This document shows positions 1 through 10,370 of a DNA stretch of 64,000 nt, piece by piece. The translations under genes were made by a program, and so were the position numbers. Under the pieces are notes generated by a model. That model was given only the letters and a program-made list of their open reading frames with translations. It did no database searches and was not told the origin of the DNA. Within the stretch, counting starts at the first letter, position 1; every line of letters begins with the position of its first letter. Source of the DNA: an uncultured Gemmatimonadales bacterium (GTDB taxonomy: Bacteria; Gemmatimonadota; Gemmatimonadetes; Gemmatimonadales; Gemmatimonadaceae); NCBI GenBank assembly GCA_963851265.1, contig CAWKNZ010000002.1:256001-320000 (forward strand), read 5' to 3'.

Positions 1-363
1 CCCCGCGCCGTCGAACGAGGCGTCGTCGTAGGGCAACGTCGGCGTCGCGTTCAGGTCCTGTACGCGCCACTCCGTGAGGCGCGGGTTCGCCGCGAGCTCG
101 TCGGCGTTCATCCCGAGCCCCGCGACGCGGCCGTACGCGACGTCGTCCGGCAGGTGGCTCACCCAGCTCGACATGAGATCGAGGACGTCGCCGCCGGCCG
201 GCAGCACGTCGCGGTAGAGCGCGGTCACGGCCGCGATCGCGCCGTCGTCGATGTGCGTGACGAAGCGCGGCGCCACGTAGAACGACGTGTCGGGCGACTC
301 GTCGGCGCGGCGAAACGCGGCGGCCGGAAACCCGTCTGCGGTGCGGTCGCGCTGCGTGCTCAC
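1..363 (-). CDS. class I SAM-dependent methyltransferase (3' end runs off the window)
   Basis: Manual translation from GTG at 363 gives MSTQRD...DESPDTSFYVAPRFVTHIDD...VLDLMSSWVSHLP...GLGMNADELAANPRL...QDLN, typical of a methyltransferase-11 family. It overlaps the stop of the upstream gene. Confidence 0.8.
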   Translation of the reverse strand, partial: MSTQRDRTADGFPAAAFRRADESPDTSFYVAPRFVTHIDDGAIAAVTALYRDVLPAGGDVLDLMSSWVSHLPDDVAYGRVAGLGMNADELAANPRLTEWRVQDLNATPTLPYDDASFDGAG

Positions 364-1034
364 CGACGGGGCCGCTTGGCGGCCGTGCGCCGTGCGGCGG
401 CACCCTTGGCCGCGGTACCCGTCGCGGCCGGCCGCTTGGCCGCGGGTCGCTTGGCCGCAGGTTGCTTCGCCGTGGGCCGCTTCGCGGCCGGCTGCTTGGT
501 AGCGGCTCGCTCGGGCGCCGTCGGCGCCTCGCTCTGGTGCTCGGTGGCGTGGCGCCGCGCCGTCGCCGCGCGCTCGGTGTTCGCGACGAACTGCTGCCCC
601 GTCTTCGATCCCGCACGCTTCTTCTTGTCGGTCGCGCGGCGTTCGGCGGGGCTCAGCTCCTCCCACGCCTTCTCGGGGAGGTAGCGCGCCGTCGTCTCGC
701 CGCGCTGGGCGGGCTTGCCGTCGGCGGTGGTCCACGCTTCGTGCGTCCACTCGTCGAGGTGCCGCTGCGCGGGCGCCTTGCCTCCGACATACCCGCCGCC
801 CGCGGCCTCGTACTGGTGCGCGAGGAGTTGCGCCTTCCGCGCACTCCACTGCCCCGGGTGGCCGCCCTTGTCGCCGGCGAGGACCTCGTCCTTGAGCCGG
901 TCGCGCAGCTCGGGGTCGGTGTAGTGGCTCGGGTCGGACCCGTGCTTCGCCCCGGTCTTCCCCGCGCGCGTTGGTGCTGCGCTCTTCTTTGCCCGAGGCT
1001 TCTTTGCCGCAGACTTCGTCGTCGCCGCCATCAT
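360..1034 (-). CDS. DUF5872-like conserved protein with Lys/Ala/Pro-rich tails
   Basis: Core YTDPELRDRLK...GDKGGHPGQWSARKAQLL...YEAAGGGY...RYLPEKAWEELS, with C-terminal AKRPA/AKQPA repeats. Confidence 0.7.
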   Translation of the reverse strand: MMAATTKSAAKKPRAKKSAAPTRAGKTGAKHGSDPSHYTDPELRDRLKDEVLAGDKGGHPGQWSARKAQLLAHQYEAAGGGYVGGKAPAQRHLDEWTHEAWTTADGKPAQRGETTARYLPEKAWEELSPAERRATDKKKRAGSKTGQQFVANTERAATARRHATEHQSEAPTAPERAATKQPAAKRPTAKQPAAKRPAAKRPAATGTAAKGAAARRTAAKRPRR

Positions 1035-1089
1035 CCCCCCGTTGCGGAAATTTGGTTGCGGTAGGGCAAGAACTGTGACCGGCGCGCGC

Positions 1090-1620
1090 TCAGAACGCGC
1101 GCACGACCGCCGTCGCCCGTATCGTGTCGGGAGGCTTCACGCCTCGACGCGCGCCGGGACGTCCGCCGCGCGCGATCGCGAGCGCGAACGGCACCGAATC
1201 GCCCACGCCGATCGGGCGCCGCAGTCCGTCGAGCATCGCGTGCCGGCCGAGCGGGGCGAAGACGACCGAATCGCCCGGTGCCACCGCGATGCGGTCGAGA
1301 GGCGTCATGTGCACCATCGCTCCGGCGCCCTCGCCCGTCCGCATCGATTCGTGGAGCGACGTCGACGCCGCGACGCCCGACCGCGCCCCCACCACCAGCA
1401 GCGTGTCGCGCCCGGGGTTGGCGAGCGTGAAGTAGAGCGCCCCGTCGGTGCCGGCCGCGGCAGGGCGTGCCCACGCGTCGTGCACCTCGGGCGTGGCCGC
1501 GGAGCCCGCGCGGCGCTCGCCCGCGCAGCCTGCGGCCCACACGAGGGCGGCGCACGCCGCCGCACGGTACGCCGGGGCGGGGCGCGCGCGCGGGCGCGCC
1601 GTTCCCGCCGTCACGCGCAT
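1090..1620 (-). CDS. PCu(A)C family copper chaperone (putative lipoprotein)
   Basis: VHDAWAR...GALYFTLAN...LHES M...M...FAPLGRHAML motif; lipobox-like AAGC. Start chosen at ATG 1620. Confidence 0.85.
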   Translation of the reverse strand: MRVTAGTARPRARPAPAYRAAACAALVWAAGCAGERRAGSAATPEVHDAWARPAAAGTDGALYFTLANPGRDTLLVVGARSGVAASTSLHESMRTGEGAGAMVHMTPLDRIAVAPGDSVVFAPLGRHAMLDGLRRPIGVGDSVPFALAIARGGRPGARRGVKPPDTIRATAVVRAF

Positions 1621-1788
1621 GCGCCTAACCGCCAGCGCCGTACGCGTCGCCGCCGCACGCGTCGCCCGCCGCCGAGCTCGTCTCGTGAGGCGCACGCCGG
1701 CAAACCAGTCCGCCGGGGCCCGACGGTTGCACGCGCGTGACGCGCCCGCCGCGCACCACCGTCGGTCTCGCATCCCATCCCGTTCGCC

Positions 1789-2244
1789 ATGCAAGCGCTG
1801 CTCCTCGTGTTCACCGTGGTTGCGGGCGTGCTCAACACGCTCCAGTCCGGGAGTAACTCCACCCTCAACAAGCGCCTCGACCACCCGCTCGCGAGCGCCA
1901 CCGTCGTCTATCTCGGCGGACTCGTGCTGCTCCTCCTCGGCTGGCTCGGCGCGCAGCTCGTCGGTAAAGGCGGATTTCCGGCGGCGGACCGCGTCGCGCA
2001 GGTGCCGTGGTGGGGGTGGATCGGCGGGACGCTCGGCCTCGCGTTCGTGTTCGGCACGCTGCTGGTCGCGCCGAAGCTCGGGGCCGCGCTGTACACCACG
2101 GTCTCGGTCACCGCGGCGATCGTCACCTCGCTCGCACTCGACCACTTCGGGTGGATGGGCTTCGAGGTGCACCACGCGGGCGCCGGGCGCATCGTGGGGG
2201 CGCTGCTCATCATCGGGGGCCTGGGGCTGATCGCGAAATTCTGA
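1789..2244 (+). CDS. DMT family transporter (YdcZ-like)
   Basis: Hydrophobic 151 aa with Q..N..L, PWWGWIGG.LG, PKLGA and DHFG motifs. Confidence 0.9.
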   Translation: MQALLLVFTVVAGVLNTLQSGSNSTLNKRLDHPLASATVVYLGGLVLLLLGWLGAQLVGKGGFPAADRVAQVPWWGWIGGTLGLAFVFGTLLVAPKLGAALYTTVSVTAAIVTSLALDHFGWMGFEVHHAGAGRIVGALLIIGGLGLIAKF

Positions 2245-2268
2245 GTGCTTCCGCTGGCCGGCTACCCT

Positions 2269-3930
2269 TCACGCCTCCGGAAGTACGTCGAGCCCCGCCG
2301 TGCCCGCACCGCGCGCCGGCCCGCGGTCGCGCGGCGCGTGCCGTTCCGCGGAGGGTGCGGGCGCGTCGCCGCGCTTGTTCCCGGCCGGCCGTGCCGGGCG
2401 CGGGCCATCGGCCGGCAGCGCCGCCGTGTAGCGCGCGATGTACTCCGTCACGCGCACCTTGCGCGCGGTCGCCTCGCTCGACATCGGCCGCACCTTGCCC
2501 AGCACCGGGCGCTCCTGCCAGGCGTGGTCGTAGCGGCCTAACACCCACGTGACGCCGCTCGTCGAGTTCGGGTTGCGCCCGTCGAGCGCCCAGCGGTTGT
2601 TCACGTGCAGCATGAACGCGAGCGCCTCCTCCCCCGAGCGCGTCCACTCGAGGAACTTCTTCCCCCAGAGGATGCGCAGGTAGTTGTGGATGCGCCCGTC
2701 GGCGCGGAGCTGCCCCTGCGTCGCGTTCCACAGCGCGTCGTACGTCGCGCCCGCCTCGAGCTCGTCGCGCGAGAACAGCTCCGCGCGGCGGTCGCCGGCG
2801 TGCGCCTCGAGCGTCGCGCGCGCCCAGTCGGGCAGCGAGCCGTACGTGTCGTGCGCCGGGAGAAACCGCGCGGTGTTGTACGACAGTTCGCGCCACGTCA
2901 CGAACTCGTCGAGGAACGCCTCCCCGTTGGGCGACATCCCCCACCACCCCTCGCGCTTGCCGGTGGGGCGCGGCGCGAGCCGCTCGAGCGACCACCCCTC
3001 GCGCTCGGCGAGGCCGGCGAACACCTCGTGCGCGCTCACGAACCCCCAGTGCAGGTATGGCGAGAGCCCGCTGTTGCTCGGGTCCTCGGCCTCGTTCCGC
3101 CGGGTCGCGTACGTGCCGAGCTTGCGGTCGAGGAAGTCGGCGAGGACGACGGCGCCCTTGACCGAGCCGCCGCTGAACGCCACCGGCGGCACCGAGTGGT
3201 CGATGGGCAGCGCGCCGAGCGCGGCGCGGCCGGCCTCGCCCCGGTCGAGCAGGGCCGGCGACGCGCCCGGCCAGCGCCGGCGCACCGCCTCCACCTGCGC
3301 GAGCGCCCCGCCCGCGAGCGCGGGAAGCCCGCGTGCCATGCCTAACGGCTCGGCGCGTGGGAACGCGCCGAGCCGCGCGGGGAGCTCGCGCTGCAGGTGG
3401 CGGCGGAAGTGCGGGGCCGCCGTCCAGGCCTTCTCGCCCGATCGCAGCGGCAGCAGTCCGTTCCCGTCGACCGCCTCGAGCCGCACGCCGCGCGCGGCGA
3501 GCTTCTCGCCCGCGGCGGCGAGCATGCGCGGCAGGAAAAACTCGGGGAACTCGTCGGTCACGACGAGGCACGCGCGCTCGGCAAGTGTCTCGAGCAGCCC
3601 GCGCCCGGCGCCGGGCGCGGGCTCCACGTAGGGCAGGTGCGCCACGCGCGCCGCGGCGTACGCGGCCGCGTCGTCGGCCATGCCGTCGAGCGCGAAGCGG
3701 TGCAGCCGGTCGCTCGCAAACGGGTAGCCCGCGCGCAACGCCTCGAGCACGACGAGCGGACGCTGCCACGCGTGCGCCCGGTCCAACGCGTACTCGAGCG
3801 CGAAGTTGTGCCGCGTGCGGCGCGCCATCACGCACCAGTACAGCACGTAGTCGCGCGTGGGCTCGGCGGGCACGTCGTTGCGCGCGCTCAGACGCTCGGC
3901 GGGGACGGTGGACGCGGTGGCGGCAGGCAT
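2269..3930 (-). CDS. phr: deoxyribodipyrimidine photolyase, class II CPD-like
   Basis: YVLYW, HNFALEYA, SGLSPYLHWG, RELSYN, LWNATQ, IHNYLRILWGKK, NNRWALDGRNPNS, ERPVLGKVR. Confidence 0.9.
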   Translation of the reverse strand: MPAATASTVPAERLSARNDVPAEPTRDYVLYWCVMARRTRHNFALEYALDRAHAWQRPLVVLEALRAGYPFASDRLHRFALDGMADDAAAYAAARVAHLPYVEPAPGAGRGLLETLAERACLVVTDEFPEFFLPRMLAAAGEKLAARGVRLEAVDGNGLLPLRSGEKAWTAAPHFRRHLQRELPARLGAFPRAEPLGMARGLPALAGGALAQVEAVRRRWPGASPALLDRGEAGRAALGALPIDHSVPPVAFSGGSVKGAVVLADFLDRKLGTYATRRNEAEDPSNSGLSPYLHWGFVSAHEVFAGLAEREGWSLERLAPRPTGKREGWWGMSPNGEAFLDEFVTWRELSYNTARFLPAHDTYGSLPDWARATLEAHAGDRRAELFSRDELEAGATYDALWNATQGQLRADGRIHNYLRILWGKKFLEWTRSGEEALAFMLHVNNRWALDGRNPNSTSGVTWVLGRYDHAWQERPVLGKVRPMSSEATARKVRVTEYIARYTAALPADGPRPARPAGNKRGDAPAPSAERHAPRDRGPARGAGTAGLDVLPEA

Positions 3931-4131
3931 TCGGGCGGAACGGTGGGCCAGGATCGTCCCGTCAAACGGTCGTCCGCTCTGCGGGGTTCCGCTCGGGGCG
4001 CGTTCCCGACGCCGCCGCGATATCCCGCGGGCGCAATCAAGTGCTCGCCCACGCCGGCCGACACTGCATCTCCGGGCTCGCCGCCGCCGGCGTTCGCGGA
4101 GCCCTTCCTTTTCTCCACCCACACGACGCAC

Positions 4132-4857
4132 ATGTCGACACTGCGCAACATCGCCGCCCACCTGTGGCGCGGCAGCCGCGTTCGGAAAGCCAACGTCATC
4201 CTCGGAGTGACGGGCGCGGCGCTCTCCGCCGCGTGCGCGGCGGACAACGTCGTCGCGCCCGCCGCGACGCCCACCGCACAGCGTGTTCCGACGCCGGCGT
4301 TCGACGGCGCCGCCGCGAAGCCCACGCCCGTCGCCAAGAACGTTCAGGACTCGATCAAGCAGTACAACAAGGCGCAGATGGACTCGCTGAAGGCGGACTG
4401 GCAGGCGTACAAGCACGCCGTGCAGTCCGGAGTCGTCGACGCCGAGTTCTTGCGCTGCGAGCCGAAGCCGCAGCTGATCGCCACGAAGGTGATCGGTCCC
4501 AAGGGCGGGACCATCAACGTCGGCCCGCACCGGTTCGAGGTGCCTGCGGGCGCGCTCGACTCGAACGTGACCATCATGGCCATCGCACCGCTGAGTCCGC
4601 GGGCGGAGCTGCGTTTCGAACCGCACGGGCTGCAGTTCAACAAGCCCGTCGAGATGACGATCAACTACAAGGGTTGCGTGGTGCCCGACAACGTCAAGCT
4701 CGGGGTCACGTACGTCGCGCATCCGATGCAGTCGAGCAGCGCGCTGAAGGCCAAGGGCGATCAGCAGATGCCGACGCACGACGACAAGAGCTCGTCGAGC
4801 GTGTCCGCGCTGACGGACCATTTCTCGGGCTACACGGTGTCCTGGACGCGCAACTAA
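4132..4857 (+). CDS. putative lipoprotein with ZU5-like C-terminal domain
   Basis: Lipobox LSAAC; IGPKGGTI...EVPAGAL...FEPHGLQFNKPVEMTI...TDHFSGY; strong high-GC codon bias. Confidence 0.7.
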   Translation: MSTLRNIAAHLWRGSRVRKANVILGVTGAALSAACAADNVVAPAATPTAQRVPTPAFDGAAAKPTPVAKNVQDSIKQYNKAQMDSLKADWQAYKHAVQSGVVDAEFLRCEPKPQLIATKVIGPKGGTINVGPHRFEVPAGALDSNVTIMAIAPLSPRAELRFEPHGLQFNKPVEMTINYKGCVVPDNVKLGVTYVAHPMQSSSALKAKGDQQMPTHDDKSSSSVSALTDHFSGYTVSWTRN

Positions 4858-4972
4858 CCGCTCTTGACCGCGGTGAGCGCACGACGGCGGCGGGGCTTCG
4901 CGACTGCGAGCCCCGCCGCCGTCGTGCGTTCGCGCGTGACGGCCGGCGCGCATCGCGCGTCGGTCGGGAGCC

Positions 4973-7162
4973 GTGGATCCCGCCACTCCCCTCCCGCCGC
5001 ACGACATTCTCGTCGACCTCGCCGCCGCACTGGCGCACGGCGCGACGAACGACGTTCGCGCGCGCTGCCGCGCGGCGTACCTCGCGCTCCGGAACGCGAC
5101 CGACCCGGCGAAGCTGGCGGCGGGCCTGGCGCGCGCGGAGGCTCGTGCGAACGTGCTCGACGGAGACCTCGGCGGCGCGCTCGACGCGCTCGCGGCGGCG
5201 CTCGCGATCGCAGAGGCGGGGTGCGACGAACTCGGCGCGGCCCAGGCGCTGAACAGCACCGCGATCGTCCACTTTCAGCGCGGTGACCTCGACCGGGCGG
5301 AGGAGCTGTACGCCGCGGCGCGCGCGCGCGCGGCACGCGTCGGAAAGCGCGACGTGATCGCCTCGACGACGCTCAACCTGGGCATCGTCGCCAACGTGCG
5401 CGGCGACTTCCCGCGTGCGCTCTCGCACTACCAGCGCGCGCTGGTCGAGTTCCGCGCGCTCAAGGCGACACGCGACGTGCTGGTCACGCTCAACTGCCTC
5501 GGCATGGTACACGCGGACGTCGGCCGGTGGGATGCCGCCGAGGCGGCGTACACCGAGGCGCTCGCGGTGTGTGAGGAGGTCGGCGACCGCGACGTCCTCG
5601 CGCGCCTGCACAGCAACCTGGCCGAGGCCTGGCTCGCACGGGGCGATCTCGCGCGTGCGCGGGCGGCCTGCGCGAAGGCCGTGGCCGTGTGCGACGGGAC
5701 GGAGCACGGCGGTCCGCGGGGCGAGGTGTACAAGATGCTGGGCATCGTCGCGCGCGAGTCCGGCGAGCTCGGCGCATCGGACGCGCACCTCGCCGCGGCC
5801 GAACGCTTCGCGGTCGACCGTCAAGACCTGTTGCTGCTGGCCGAAGTCGCGCGCGAGCAGGGCGACCTCTACCGCCGCCAGGGCCGGAACCGCGACACGC
5901 TCTCGGCGCTCAATCGCTCGCACCAGCTCTTCCGGCAGCTGCGCGCCCAACGCGACATCGCCGACGTCACCCGCCGCATGGGGCGCCTCGAGGGCGAGTT
6001 CGTCGAGGTGGCACGGCGCTGGGGCGAATCGATCGACGCGAAGGACTGTTACACGCAGGGCCACTGCCAGCGCGTCGCCGACCTCTCGTGCCGCATCGCC
6101 GAGCACGCGGGCGCGGCGTACGGGTTCGACGCGCAGACGATGTTCTGGTACCGGATCGGCGCGCTGCTGCACGATGTCGGCAAGCTCGACGTGCCCGCCG
6201 AAGTGCTGAACAAGCCGGGCAAGCTGAGCGACGCCGAGTGGGCGATGATGCGCGGGCACGCCGAGGCCGGGGTCGCGCTGTTGGGCGACATCGAGTTCCC
6301 GTGGGACATCCGCCCGATCGTGCTCTCGCACCACGAGCGGTGGGACGGCAAGGGCTACCCGCACGGGCTCGCGGGCGAGGCGATTCCGCTGTCGGCGCGC
6401 GTGCTCGCCGTGGCCGACGTCTACGACGCGCTGACCTCGGTGCGGAGCTACAAGCGCGCGATGACGCACGACGACGCGCTGCGCATCCTGCGGCAGGATG
6501 CCGGGACCGCGTTCGACCCGCAAGTCGTGGCCTGGTTCGAGGCGGTCGCCCCGGCGTGGCGCGCGACGTTGGCCGCCGCCGACGGTGCGCCGGAGGTGGA
6601 CGGGTCGATGGGGGGAGACGCGCGCCTCGCGCCCGACGTGCGCGACCAGCGCCGGGCGGCGGGGCTCGACGAGGTGACCGGGTTGCCCGGGCGCCAGACC
6701 TTCTTCGACGAGTGCGCGCGGGTGCTCGCGGCGCGCGTGGGCGACGGCCGGCCGACGGTACTGCTTCTCGTCTCGCTCACGCCGCCGGCCGTCGCGGGCG
6801 CTATCGGCACGTCCGGGTTGAGCGAGGCCGCACTCGCGGCCGTGGGCGAGGCGATCAGCCGCAACACGCGCGGCGGCGACTTCGTGGGGCGCTACTCGGA
6901 ACGCGAATTCGTGGTCATGCTCCCCGACACGAACGTCGAGGACGGCGCGGCGACCCTCGTGCGGTTACGCGACGTGATTGGAACCGCGCTTCGGAACGTC
7001 ACGTCGGACGCCGCAGCTCCGATGGTCGACATGGCCGCCAGCGTCGCGCCCGAGCACGGCACCACGTCGGGTGCACTGCTCGCGGCGGCGGACGCCACCC
7101 TGCGGCGCGGTCGCGGCATCGCGAACCCGATGGGGACGCGCGTGCTGCAGGCCGCGGCCTGA
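4973..7162 (+). CDS. TPR-repeat + HD-GYP phosphodiesterase + degenerate GGDEF protein
   Basis: TPR-like NLG/A..A..Y repeats; LLHDVGK, HHERWDGKGYP, VADVYDAL; C-terminal DEVTGLP...GRYSEREF. Confidence 0.9.
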   Translation: MDPATPLPPHDILVDLAAALAHGATNDVRARCRAAYLALRNATDPAKLAAGLARAEARANVLDGDLGGALDALAAALAIAEAGCDELGAAQALNSTAIVHFQRGDLDRAEELYAAARARAARVGKRDVIASTTLNLGIVANVRGDFPRALSHYQRALVEFRALKATRDVLVTLNCLGMVHADVGRWDAAEAAYTEALAVCEEVGDRDVLARLHSNLAEAWLARGDLARARAACAKAVAVCDGTEHGGPRGEVYKMLGIVARESGELGASDAHLAAAERFAVDRQDLLLLAEVAREQGDLYRRQGRNRDTLSALNRSHQLFRQLRAQRDIADVTRRMGRLEGEFVEVARRWGESIDAKDCYTQGHCQRVADLSCRIAEHAGAAYGFDAQTMFWYRIGALLHDVGKLDVPAEVLNKPGKLSDAEWAMMRGHAEAGVALLGDIEFPWDIRPIVLSHHERWDGKGYPHGLAGEAIPLSARVLAVADVYDALTSVRSYKRAMTHDDALRILRQDAGTAFDPQVVAWFEAVAPAWRATLAAADGAPEVDGSMGGDARLAPDVRDQRRAAGLDEVTGLPGRQTFFDECARVLAARVGDGRPTVLLLVSLTPPAVAGAIGTSGLSEAALAAVGEAISRNTRGGDFVGRYSEREFVVMLPDTNVEDGAATLVRLRDVIGTALRNVTSDAAAPMVDMAASVAPEHGTTSGALLAAADATLRRGRGIANPMGTRVLQAAA

Positions 7163-7254
7163 CGCAGCGCGCGAGCGGTCCGACGCCGCCCGGGAACCGA
7201 CGGGCGCGGCCGGGGCTATGTGAGGGAGTTCCTTCGCCCTTTATCGGCCCAATC

Positions 7255-7905
7255 ATGACCCGAATCCTTGCCCGTTCGCTCGGCGCGCTCGCGCTCGTGC
7301 CTACCCTTGCCGCCGCGCGCCCGACCCGCCCCACCGGTGCTCCGCCGAGTGCGCCCCTGCGTGCCGCCGCACTCGACACCGCGGTGTTCGCGGGTGGATG
7401 CTTCTGGGGCGTCGAGGGCGTGTTCGAGCACGTGCGCGGGGTGCGTTCCGCGACGGCCGGCTACGCCGGCGGGACGGTCCCGTCGCCGTCGTACGATCAG
7501 GTGAGTACGGGTTCCACGGGGCACGCCGAGTCGGTGCGCGTCGTCTACGACCCGTCGCGCGTGTCGTACGACCAGTTGCTGCAGGTGTTCTTCACCGTCG
7601 CGCACGACCCGACCGAGCTCAATCGGCAGGGGCCGGACGTCGGGACGCAGTACCGCTCGGCCGTGTTCTACCGCACGCCGGCGCAAAAGGCCGCGGTCGA
7701 GGCGTACGTCGCGCGCCTGCGCGCGTCGCACGCGTTCGCGCAGCCCATCGTGACCCAGATCGCGCCGCTCGCGCGCTTCAACGAGGCCGAGGCGTACCAC
7801 CAGCGGTACATGGCGCAGCACCCCGACGCGCCGTACATCATGTACAACGACGCGCCGAAGGTGGCGGAGCTCAAGAAGCGGTTCGCCCCACTGTACCAGG
7901 GTTAG
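7255..7905 (+). CDS. msrA: peptide-methionine (S)-S-oxide reductase with signal peptide
   Basis: FAGGCFWGVE, TGHAESV, QGPDVGTQYRS, AEAYHQ. Confidence 0.95.
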   Translation: MTRILARSLGALALVPTLAAARPTRPTGAPPSAPLRAAALDTAVFAGGCFWGVEGVFEHVRGVRSATAGYAGGTVPSPSYDQVSTGSTGHAESVRVVYDPSRVSYDQLLQVFFTVAHDPTELNRQGPDVGTQYRSAVFYRTPAQKAAVEAYVARLRASHAFAQPIVTQIAPLARFNEAEAYHQRYMAQHPDAPYIMYNDAPKVAELKKRFAPLYQG

Positions 7906-7938
7906 GCCGGGCGCGCGCGGGTCGGCCGGGGGGTCGGG

Positions 7939-8877
7939 TCAGATCCCGCCGGCGAAGGTGTCACAGCTGCGGATGTCGCCGCTCTGGAAGCCGCGCTGGA
8001 ACCAGCTCGCGCGCTGCGCCGAGGTGCCGTGCGTGAAGGTGTCGGGGCGCACCTGCCCGGTCTCCTCGCGTTGGAGGCGGTCGTCGCCGACGGCACTCGC
8101 GGCCTGCAACGCCGCCTGCGTGTCGCCGGGATCGAGGAGCTGCTCGTTGCGCACGACGGAACCCCAGACGCCGGCGTAGCAATCGGCCTGAAGCTCGACG
8201 CGCACCGAGAGGGCGTTCCGCAGTTGCGGGCGTTGCGCGACCGCCTGCCGCACGCGGGCCTCGGTGCCGAGGATCTTCTGCAGGTGGTGTCCCATCTCGT
8301 GCGCGACGACGTAGGCCTGGGCGAAATCGCCCGGCGCGCCGAACCGCTTCGCCAACTCGTCGAAGAACGAGAGGTCGAGGTAGACCTTCTCGTCCGCCGG
8401 ACAGTAGAACGGCCCCACCGCGCTCGGCGCGTCGCCGCAGCCCGTCTGGATGGCGTCACGGAAGAGGACGAGTCGTGCGGGGCGGTACTGCACGCCACTC
8501 TGACGAGGCAGGAGCGTGTCCCACGTGTGCTGCGTGTTGTTGAACACCGCACGCGCGCGGGACAGATCAGCGTGCTCCGCCGCACTCTCGCGCAGCGGGG
8601 CGATGCCAGAGGGGTTCCCGCCCTGGCCGCTACCGCCCGGCCCGTAGGTGCTCGGCGCGCTGCGCGGTGGGCCTCTGTCGTCGACGGCCGGCCCGCCGCC
8701 GACGAAGTTGCGCCCGAAGACGAGGCTGAGCACGAGCAGCAGGACCGTACCGCCGAGACCCATGCGGCCGATCGGGATCGGGAAGCCGCCCCCGCCGAAG
8801 CCACCGCCACCGCCTCCCTCGGTCTCGGCGCGGCGGTCTTCGATGTACGAGTTGTCGTTGTCGTCGGTCAGGCGCAT
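7939..8877 (-). CDS. neutral zinc metallopeptidase (YpfJ family)
   Basis: IEDRR, Gly-rich N-terminus, GPFYCPAD, AHEMGHHLQ, ELQADCYAG, FTHGTSAQR. Confidence 0.92.
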   Translation of the reverse strand: MRLTDDNDNSYIEDRRAETEGGGGGGFGGGGFPIPIGRMGLGGTVLLLVLSLVFGRNFVGGGPAVDDRGPPRSAPSTYGPGGSGQGGNPSGIAPLRESAAEHADLSRARAVFNNTQHTWDTLLPRQSGVQYRPARLVLFRDAIQTGCGDAPSAVGPFYCPADEKVYLDLSFFDELAKRFGAPGDFAQAYVVAHEMGHHLQKILGTEARVRQAVAQRPQLRNALSVRVELQADCYAGVWGSVVRNEQLLDPGDTQAALQAASAVGDDRLQREETGQVRPDTFTHGTSAQRASWFQRGFQSGDIRSCDTFAGGI

Positions 8878-9032
8878 GGCGGCTCTCTGGCACTCCACTT
8901 CGTCATGCCCGCCGACGGGAAGTCGGCGAGCGCGGCGTGGAGGGCAGAAAGCGGACCGTCGCCAGGGGTGCCGATGCTACGCTGCCACGGATAGTGCCGC
9001 GTGGAGTCGAAACGCGCCGGAGGCGCCGCGGT

Positions 9033-10370
9033 CTACCGGCGGGGGCCTGCCACCGACCGGGAAACGCGCCCCGCGCGGCCGACCCGCCCAAAGAGGCGGC
9101 GGTCGGGGAGGACCTGCTCCGCCTCGGACGTGTGCAGCGAGAGTCCGTGCGCCAGGCGCCGCGCGTCGGCGTACACGGCTTCATGCCGCGCGAGGACGGC
9201 GTCCCACGTTTCGGCGGGGCGGGTCGTCCGGTTGTGTCGGGCGATGCTCGCGCGCAGGCGGTCGTCGGTGGCGAGGCGGAGCAGCTGGCCGGCCATGCCG
9301 TCGTCGTCGTCTGCGAGGAGGCCTTCGACGCCGTCGCGGATGAACGCCGCCGGGCCGGCGTGGCGGAGCGCGACCACGGGCAGCCCGGCGCAGCGGGCCT
9401 CGAGCGCGGCGATCCCGAACGACTCGAGGATGGACGGCAGCACGAACGCGTCACTCTCGGCATACAGCGCGCGGATGGCCTCGCGCGGTTGCCACCCGAG
9501 AAGCTCGACGGTGTTGCCGAGGCCGAGCCGGCGGATGTCGCGCTCGACGGCGGCCCGCTCGGGTCCGTCGCCGGCGATGCGGAGCCGGAAGCGCATGCCC
9601 TCGGGCAGCCGCTGTCGGAGCATCGCGGCAATTTCGACGAGCGCGCGCGGGCGTTTACGGCTCGCGAGGCGCATCACCGACGCCAGGTGCAGTTCGCCGG
9701 GCGTGCCGGGCGCGCGACGTGCGACGGCCCACGCGCGCGGGTGGATGCCATTGGGCAGCACCTGCGTTTCGATCACCCGGCCGGCGCGTGCGGCGGCGTC
9801 GCGCACCTCGTCGGCGACGAACGGGCTCACGGCCGTGTGCAGCACGCGCCAGCGCGTCCACCCGAGCAGGCGGTCGGCTGCGGCGCAGAGCGGCACCGCG
9901 CGGCCGAGCACCGAGTGCTGCGTGAGCACCGCCGGGAGGCCGAGCCGGTCGGCGGCCGCCATGCCGGCGAACGCGAGTGGCGAGAGCACGCTCGCGTGCG
10001 AGTGCACGAGGTCGTACTCGCCCTCCCCCAGCACGTCCGTCATCACAGAGCCGAGCCGCAGTGAGGCGGCGATGGCGAAGTGCGGGATGCAGGGGACCCG
10101 CAGCCGGCGCACACGCACGAGATCGGCGCCGTGCGCCATGGCGACCCGCCGGGCCTTTCCCTTACGCTCGGCACCCGGCGCCCGCATCCGGGCCAGGCCG
10201 GCGCCCTCACCGCGGCAGCCCGCCGCGGTCGTGATCACGTCGACGTTGTGTCCCGCGGCGACCAGCTGTTCTGCCAGCGCGCGCACGTGCGTCTCGATGC
10301 CGCCGACCCGGGGCGGATACCAGTCGCAGACCAGCGCGAGGCGGAGCGGGCGGAAGAGGGAAGGACTCAC
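9033..10370 (-). CDS. glycosyltransferase family 4 (PimA/PIG-A-like)
   Basis: CDWYPPRVGGIE, VHSH, PNGI, AGDGPER, ESFGIAALEA. Start uncertain. Confidence 0.88.
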   Translation of the reverse strand: MSPSLFRPLRLALVCDWYPPRVGGIETHVRALAEQLVAAGHNVDVITTAAGCRGEGAGLARMRAPGAERKGKARRVAMAHGADLVRVRRLRVPCIPHFAIAASLRLGSVMTDVLGEGEYDLVHSHASVLSPLAFAGMAAADRLGLPAVLTQHSVLGRAVPLCAAADRLLGWTRWRVLHTAVSPFVADEVRDAAARAGRVIETQVLPNGIHPRAWAVARRAPGTPGELHLASVMRLASRKRPRALVEIAAMLRQRLPEGMRFRLRIAGDGPERAAVERDIRRLGLGNTVELLGWQPREAIRALYAESDAFVLPSILESFGIAALEARCAGLPVVALRHAGPAAFIRDGVEGLLADDDDGMAGQLLRLATDDRLRASIARHNRTTRPAETWDAVLARHEAVYADARRLAHGLSLHTSEAEQVLPDRRLFGRVGRAGRVSRSVAGPRR

